64,000 nt of DNA, taken from IMG/VR virus record IMGVR_UViG_3300042945_002173, one strand, 5' to 3'. This document shows positions 58,889 through 64,000 of this stretch, in pieces; position 1 is the stretch's first letter; the number at the start of each line of letters is the position of its first letter. The notes below the pieces were generated by a model. The model saw only the letters and a list, made by a program, of their open reading frames with translations, did no database searches and had not been told where the DNA came from. A program made the translations under genes and the position numbers. This DNA comes from a virus.

Positions 58889-59053
58889 ATGCCACGCGGA
58901 CACTTGACCAAAGATATTATTAAGTGTGAAGTACTTAAATTAAAAAAAGATTTAGATAATGAGTGGATGAATAAATCTGGATATGATCCAAAGTGGTTAG
59001 CGCATCATTATTTGAACAAAGTATTGGACAAGATTGATGAGTATAGGGTATAA
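58889..59053 (+). CDS. Small hypothetical protein (54 aa)
   Basis: MPRGHLTKDII...LAHHYLNKVLDKIDEYR. Confidence 0.6.
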   Translation: MPRGHLTKDIIKCEVLKLKKDLDNEWMNKSGYDPKWLAHHYLNKVLDKIDEYRV

Positions 59054-59086
59054 TAAATATTATAAGAGCAAAATTGATATTAGTTA

Positions 59087-61087
59087 ATGGGCATTTTTAA
59101 GAAGACTGTAAAGTATTCTAAGGCTTCTAAGGATCTAGATAGTAAAATAAAAAGTCTTGATGAAGGTCTGAAGAAAACAGGTGTCATTCCCGAGCAGAAT
59201 GATGCTAAGACTTTTTGTGTTGAAGAAAAGAAAGAGGAAAATATTCCTAAAATTATTGATGAAATTGAAGTAGTAAAGGAGGAAGAAAAGTTATATAATT
59301 GGAGAGAGACTCTTCTAGAAGAAAATATTGAAGAAGAAATTTTAGAAGATAATTATGAAACTCCAAGTTTAACTAGAGTTGAAAATTATATTTCAGAGAG
59401 TAATAAAGATTTAATTTTAATTAGAGATCAGATATTCAAAGAAATATCAGAACAAACTTTATTAGATCTTCCTGAAATTAAAAATAAAATTTCCAAAGTT
59501 TTAGAAATATATGAACAACTTCAAGAAGGTTTATTGAATGAACCTCCTGAGACAAAGAATGAAGATCCTCTTACACCACTCAATCAAAACTTTGTAACTA
59601 CCGAAGATTTAAATAAGCACTACACATTATTCATTAATCGTGTTCAAGAACAACTTTCAACAATTGGTGGTGGTGGAGAAACTAGATTAAAATATCTTGA
59701 TGATATTGTAGGTATTGCCACAAATGCGAGTCTTTATGATGGTAAGTTTTTAAAATATGACCACACTATTGGTAAGTTTGTTTTTGAAGCAGCTTCTGGA
59801 AGTGGTGGTAGTGGAGAATATGCTAATATTGCTGGTATAGCAACTTATGCTTCCACTGCTGGGGTTTCAACATATTCTTCAATTTCTGGAGTATCTACTT
59901 ATGCTTCAACAGCAGGAATAAGCACTTATGCATCTTTAAGTGGTATTGCTACTTATGCTTTAACTTCTGGTATCTCCACATATGCACAAACAGCAGGAAT
60001 AGCAACATCGGCAGGAACAGCAACGACTGCAACAAATCTTTCTGATGCCGCCAATATTCTTACTGGCATCATTAATAAGGACAGAATCTCAACAACGAAT
60101 GCATTAACTGTTCTTGGTGACTTATATGTAAGCAATAATATTTCTTTTGGTGGCACAGTAACTCAACTGAATACTGAACAACTTAATATTGTTGATGCTG
60201 ATATTGTATTAGGTATTGGTACAACTTTTAGTCCATCGGATAATACTGCAAATCACGGTGGTATTGCGATTGCATCAACAGAAGGATCTCCACTTGTAGA
60301 TCTAAATATTGTTCCTGGTGAAACCAATCCAACCACATATAAGAAAATGATGTGGTTTAAGGGTGATACAATTGGTGCTGGTATTACCGATGCTTGGTTG
60401 TTTAACTATGCTGTTGGTATTGGATCTACACAAGTTCCTAACGGAGTTCGCCTGGCAGTTGGTAATATTAGACTTACTGATAATACTGTAACTGCAACAA
60501 CATTTAGTGGATCTTTAAGTGGAAATGCAACAAGTGCCACAACTTCAACTTATGCTTCCACTGCTGGTTTAAGTACCTATGCGTCTACTGCTGGTATTGC
60601 TACTGTTGCACAAGGACTGACAGGAACTCCCAATATTAATGTTGGAATCTTTACTTCTACAATTTCTATTCCTACACAGTTAAGAACAAGATCTGTTGCA
60701 GAAAAGACTACACTTGTCAGTGGAAATACTGTTGGACTTGCTTTTAGCACTGGTGGTGGAAACGTTGCCATTTGTACTAACCCATCGGCAGATATCACTC
60801 TTAATGTAACTGAGATTCCAACAGATAGTTCTTTTGATAATCACAGCATTTCATTCTCTGTAATTGTAACTCAAACAGGAACTGCCAGAAGTTGTACTGC
60901 AGTAAACTTAAATGGAGTTTCTAGAACTATTCGTTGGTCTGGGGGATCTCTTGCAAATGCAGTTTCAGGAATCTCAACAAATAACGGATTTGATATTTTT
61001 ACATTCACAGGAATTAATACAGTAGGTTCTGCAAGTACTACAGCAAATTACGTTGTTTTGGGAAGTTTGAATGGGGGATTTAATTAA
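59087..61087 (+). CDS. Putative fibre/virion structural protein
   Basis: ATAAATA upstream; acidic N-region; GGGGETRL..LDD; 9-aa (S/A)TYASTAG(I/V) repeats. Confidence 0.65.
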   Translation: MGIFKKTVKYSKASKDLDSKIKSLDEGLKKTGVIPEQNDAKTFCVEEKKEENIPKIIDEIEVVKEEEKLYNWRETLLEENIEEEILEDNYETPSLTRVENYISESNKDLILIRDQIFKEISEQTLLDLPEIKNKISKVLEIYEQLQEGLLNEPPETKNEDPLTPLNQNFVTTEDLNKHYTLFINRVQEQLSTIGGGGETRLKYLDDIVGIATNASLYDGKFLKYDHTIGKFVFEAASGSGGSGEYANIAGIATYASTAGVSTYSSISGVSTYASTAGISTYASLSGIATYALTSGISTYAQTAGIATSAGTATTATNLSDAANILTGIINKDRISTTNALTVLGDLYVSNNISFGGTVTQLNTEQLNIVDADIVLGIGTTFSPSDNTANHGGIAIASTEGSPLVDLNIVPGETNPTTYKKMMWFKGDTIGAGITDAWLFNYAVGIGSTQVPNGVRLAVGNIRLTDNTVTATTFSGSLSGNATSATTSTYASTAGLSTYASTAGIATVAQGLTGTPNINVGIFTSTISIPTQLRTRSVAEKTTLVSGNTVGLAFSTGGGNVAICTNPSADITLNVTEIPTDSSFDNHSISFSVIVTQTGTARSCTAVNLNGVSRTIRWSGGSLANAVSGISTNNGFDIFTFTGINTVGSASTTANYVVLGSLNGGFN

Positions 61088-61962
61088 TGTCTTTTATTTC
61101 CAGAGTTAGCACTGGTCGTCAAGGACGTTCACAACAAACTAAAAGAAGAACTCCTGTAACGCCACCAGTTTTTTCAGAAACTGGTTGGAACATTCTGATG
61201 ATGTACACTGGAAAGAAAATAGCAAGTACAACTTGGACTGCTACTGGTACACCATCTGTTAATACTTTAAGAACTAGTATGGGTTCTCCTGGCACGTCAA
61301 CGTTTATGACGATGACTGCTGTTTCAACAGGCGCGAATGGAAGAACTGCTCTGGGTCAAGGTCAAGGTTTATATAATGCTTTCTTTACTCAAACTGGTAT
61401 CACAAAAATTGCTTTGGTTGATGGAAGTGGAAGTAGTCTAGACCCAACTTCTCATACAAACTATCTCGTTTATGATTTGGTAGAAAGTACAGGAAGTGAA
61501 TCTATTGATGCGATTTTAAAAAGACTGGATATTTACCAGAGAGACGCAGCACAGTTTCAGGCAAATGATAGTGTCTGGCCAAACGCAAGTGTTTTAAACC
61601 ATACTGCTGGAACAAATGGATATTCTGGTTTACTATCCGCAAGTGGTGGAACAGCATTTAAAGCATTTTCAAGAGCTGGCGCCGATCAAGGCATTCCAGG
61701 TCGTTTCTGTGTAATGGGAATCAATAGAGACTCTGATAATGACATTCAGGCATTATGTGCTTTCAGTGGGAACTTACAGTCTGGAAAAGGTGATGCTTGG
61801 AGAGGTCAAAACCCAGAACAAACTTTTTGGAGTTACTGGGGAGATGACTTCCATACAGACAGTCGCTTGCGTAGAATCGGAAACCAGTTACAGTCTGCTC
61901 CTGGCGTTGCGACACAGTGTATTCATACTGGGGACGTATATTTGCTTGCTTATACCCCTTGA
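61087..61962 (+). CDS. Hypothetical protein, possibly fibre-associated
   Basis: TAATG coupling to the fibre-like gene. Confidence 0.6.
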   Translation: MSFISRVSTGRQGRSQQTKRRTPVTPPVFSETGWNILMMYTGKKIASTTWTATGTPSVNTLRTSMGSPGTSTFMTMTAVSTGANGRTALGQGQGLYNAFFTQTGITKIALVDGSGSSLDPTSHTNYLVYDLVESTGSESIDAILKRLDIYQRDAAQFQANDSVWPNASVLNHTAGTNGYSGLLSASGGTAFKAFSRAGADQGIPGRFCVMGINRDSDNDIQALCAFSGNLQSGKGDAWRGQNPEQTFWSYWGDDFHTDSRLRRIGNQLQSAPGVATQCIHTGDVYLLAYTP

Positions 61963-61992
61963 CACCAGAAGCAGATGGTGCTATGATAAATA
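61959..61992 (+). promoter_or_regulatory. psbA promoter: sigma70 plus overlapping late motif
   Basis: TTGACA-N17-TATGAT then ATAAATA. Confidence 0.75.
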
Positions 61993-62035
61993 GGTAAACA
62001 AATGTTACGGAATTCTCATAATTCTTAACATTGCT

Positions 62036-62141
62036 CACACCCGCTAACCGAGACCTATGGGTGTATAAATTACGTCTCTCATACCCAGTCTGAGGGTGAC
62101 TGGGGAATAGTATCACCACCATTTCCCTGATGGTCTTACTA
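62036..62141 (+). ncRNA. PhotoRC-II-like RNA leader of psbA
   Basis: CACCC/GGGTG, GAGAC/GTCTC, CCCAGTC/GACTGGG and ACCAT/ATGGT pairings directly upstream of phage psbA; family call from memory. Confidence 0.75.
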
Positions 62142-62154
62142 CTCTTTTAAACAA

Positions 62155-63237
62155 ATGACTGCTTCAATTGCTTCACGTCAACAACAATCGAATACTTGGG
62201 AACAGTTCTGCAACTGGGTTACTTCAACCGATAATCGTCTTTATGTCGGTTGGTTCGGAGTTCTGATGATTCCTTGCCTGCTTGCTGCTACGACTTGTTT
62301 CATCATCGCATTCATCGGTGCTCCCCCTGTGGACATTGATGGTATCCGTGAACCCGTTGCTGGTTCACTCATGTACGGAAACAACATCATCTCTGGTGCT
62401 GTGATTCCTTCGTCCAATGCTATTGGACTGCACTTTTACCCCATCTGGGAAGCTGCTTCCCTAGATGAGTGGCTTTACAACGGTGGGCCTTTCCAACTGG
62501 TTGTGTTCCACTTCCTGATTGGTATCTACGCCTATATGGGTCGTGAGTGGGAACTTTCTTATCGTCTGGGTATGCGTCCTTGGATCTGTGTTGCTTACAG
62601 CGCACCCGTTGCTGCTGCTAGCGCAGTGTTTCTGGTCTATCCCTTCGGTCAAGGTTCTTTCTCTGATGCGATGCCCCTGGGTATCTCTGGTACTTTCAAC
62701 TACATGCTTGTGTTCCAGGCAGAGCACAACATCCTGATGCACCCCTTCCACATGCTTGGAGTTGCTGGTGTCTTCGGTGGTTCTCTGTTCAGTGCAATGC
62801 ACGGTTCGCTGGTAACTTCTTCTCTGGTTCGTGAAACCACTGAGAACGAGTCACAGAACTATGGTTACAAGTTCGGTCAAGAAGAAGAGACTTATAACAT
62901 CGTTGCTGCTCACGGTTATTTCGGACGCCTTATTTTCCAATATGCTTCCTTCAATAACTCCCGTTCGCTGCACTTCTTCCTTGCTGCCTGGCCCGTGGTT
63001 GGCATCTGGTTCACCGCTCTTGGTGTTTCCACGATGGCTTTTAACCTTAACGGTTTTAATTTCAATCAGTCCATCATTGACTCTCAGGGTCGTGTATTGA
63101 ACACCTGGGCTGATGTTCTTAACCGTGCTGGACTGGGCATGGAAGTGATGCATGAACGTAATGCTCACAATTTCCCATTGGATCTTGCTGCTGCCGAAAG
63201 CACACCTGTTGCTCTCACTGCTCCTGCCATTGGTTGA
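62155..63237 (+). CDS. psbA: Photosystem II D1 protein, intronless, Glu130 form
   Basis: NRLYVGWFG; GREWELS; [13 protein letters not shown]. Confidence 0.99.
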   Translation: MTASIASRQQQSNTWEQFCNWVTSTDNRLYVGWFGVLMIPCLLAATTCFIIAFIGAPPVDIDGIREPVAGSLMYGNNIISGAVIPSSNAIGLHFYPIWEAASLDEWLYNGGPFQLVVFHFLIGIYAYMGREWELSYRLGMRPWICVAYSAPVAAASAVFLVYPFGQGSFSDAMPLGISGTFNYMLVFQAEHNILMHPFHMLGVAGVFGGSLFSAMHGSLVTSSLVRETTENESQNYGYKFGQEEETYNIVAAHGYFGRLIFQYASFNNSRSLHFFLAAWPVVGIWFTALGVSTMAFNLNGFNFNQSIIDSQGRVLNTWADVLNRAGLGMEVMHERNAHNFPLDLAAAESTPVALTAPAIG

Positions 63238-63260
63238 TAAAATAAAAACAGAATAATATC

Positions 63261-63299
63261 AAAAGGGGACTTGCAAAAGTCCCTTTTTTACTATATAAT
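63261..63299 (+). terminator. psbA terminator with embedded sigma70 promoter
   Basis: AAAAGGGGACTT-GCAA-AAGTCCCTTTTTT; TTGCAA-N17-TATAAT. Confidence 0.8.
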
Positions 63300-63326
63300 A
63301 ATGAATGAGAATAAAGCACGAGTAAA

Positions 63327-63764
63327 ATGGCAAGAGCAATTCAGGTAGAAGGAATTAAGTATTGTAAGAGTTGTGATACTACTAAACCAATTGATGATTT
63401 TTATTTGAGAAATAAAACCAGTATGGTTAGACATTCAACTTGTAAAGAATGCGATAGAAAAAGAGTTAAAGAAAATCACGATCCCATTAAGTATCGGGAA
63501 CAACACCTTAAAAGAACGTATGGCATTACTCAAAAAGATTATGAATTAATGCTTGCAGAACAAAATAACCAGTGTGCTATTTGTAATACCACAGAACCTG
63601 GTGGAAGGCACAATACTGATTATTTTGTTGTAGATCATTGCCATACAACTGGTAAGAATAGAAAACTTCTTTGCCATAATTGCAACACAGCAATGGGACT
63701 TCTTGGAGATAATGTGAGTGTGATTGAAAGTATGATTAAGTATTTGGAGGAGCATAAGCACTAA
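63327..63764 (+). mobile_element. Endonuclease VII-family homing endonuclease (F-CphI-like)
   Basis: CKSC...CKEC; YGIT...QNNQCAIC; VDHCH.TG..R.LLCHNCN..MG; between psbA and psbD. Confidence 0.85.
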
Positions 63765-63825
63765 TACTCATTGACCCCTTTGTTAACTTATGTTAAGATA
63801 AATATGAGAAATCACTAGGGAGGCT

Positions 63826-64000
63826 ATGACTTCTTCAACACTTTCACGACCTATTCAACAAAGGGGGTGGTTCGATGTCCTGGATGACTGGCTTAAACGA
63901 GATCGCTTTGTATTTGTGGGTTGGTCTGGACTATTACTTTTTCCCACTGCTTATCTTGCCCTTGGTGGCTGGCTTACTGGCACAACGTTTGTTACAAGCT
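63826..64000 (+). CDS. psbD: Photosystem II D2 protein, 5' part (truncated by window)
   Basis: GGGAGG RBS; [46 protein letters not shown]. Confidence 0.97.
   Translation, partial: MTSSTLSRPIQQRGWFDVLDDWLKRDRFVFVGWSGLLLFPTAYLALGGWLTGTTFVTS

Overview
A 64-kb segment of a T4-like cyanomyovirus (Kyanoviridae-type) genome. The evidence is T4-type primase and class Ia nrdA/nrdB, T4-type late promoters (TATAAATA), sigma70-like early promoters, and cyanobacterial auxiliary genes: psbA, partial psbD, two hli, petF, peroxiredoxin, gnd, a short ndhP missed by the ORF track, pstS and an SLH-domain porin. In order, the window holds: (i) late virion/internal-protein-like genes plus primase, nrdA, a GIY-YIG homing endonuclease and nrdB; (ii) a minus-strand cassette of adaptor and Ig-repeat structural proteins; (iii) a lysis and surface block (C39-like peptidase and GH24 lysozyme sharing an N-terminal domain, an autotransporter-like protein behind a long RBS-occluding hairpin, a paralogous secreted-protein operon, a tail-type lysozyme); (iv) seven tRNAs with two extra structured RNAs between them; (v) a manA-like RNA split by a small ORF, ahead of a ~21-kb glycan biosynthesis island; (vi) light-stress genes, a fibre-like gene, and the psbA / EndoVII-type endonuclease / psbD locus. 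The best candidates for undescribed biology are the glycan island (an ABO/H-antigen-like GDP-fucose, GT11 and GT6 pathway plus a duplicated nucleotidyltransferase/HAD/phosphodiesterase/aldolase module) and the structured RNAs. All family calls come from motif recognition by eye and from memory; no database search was run.
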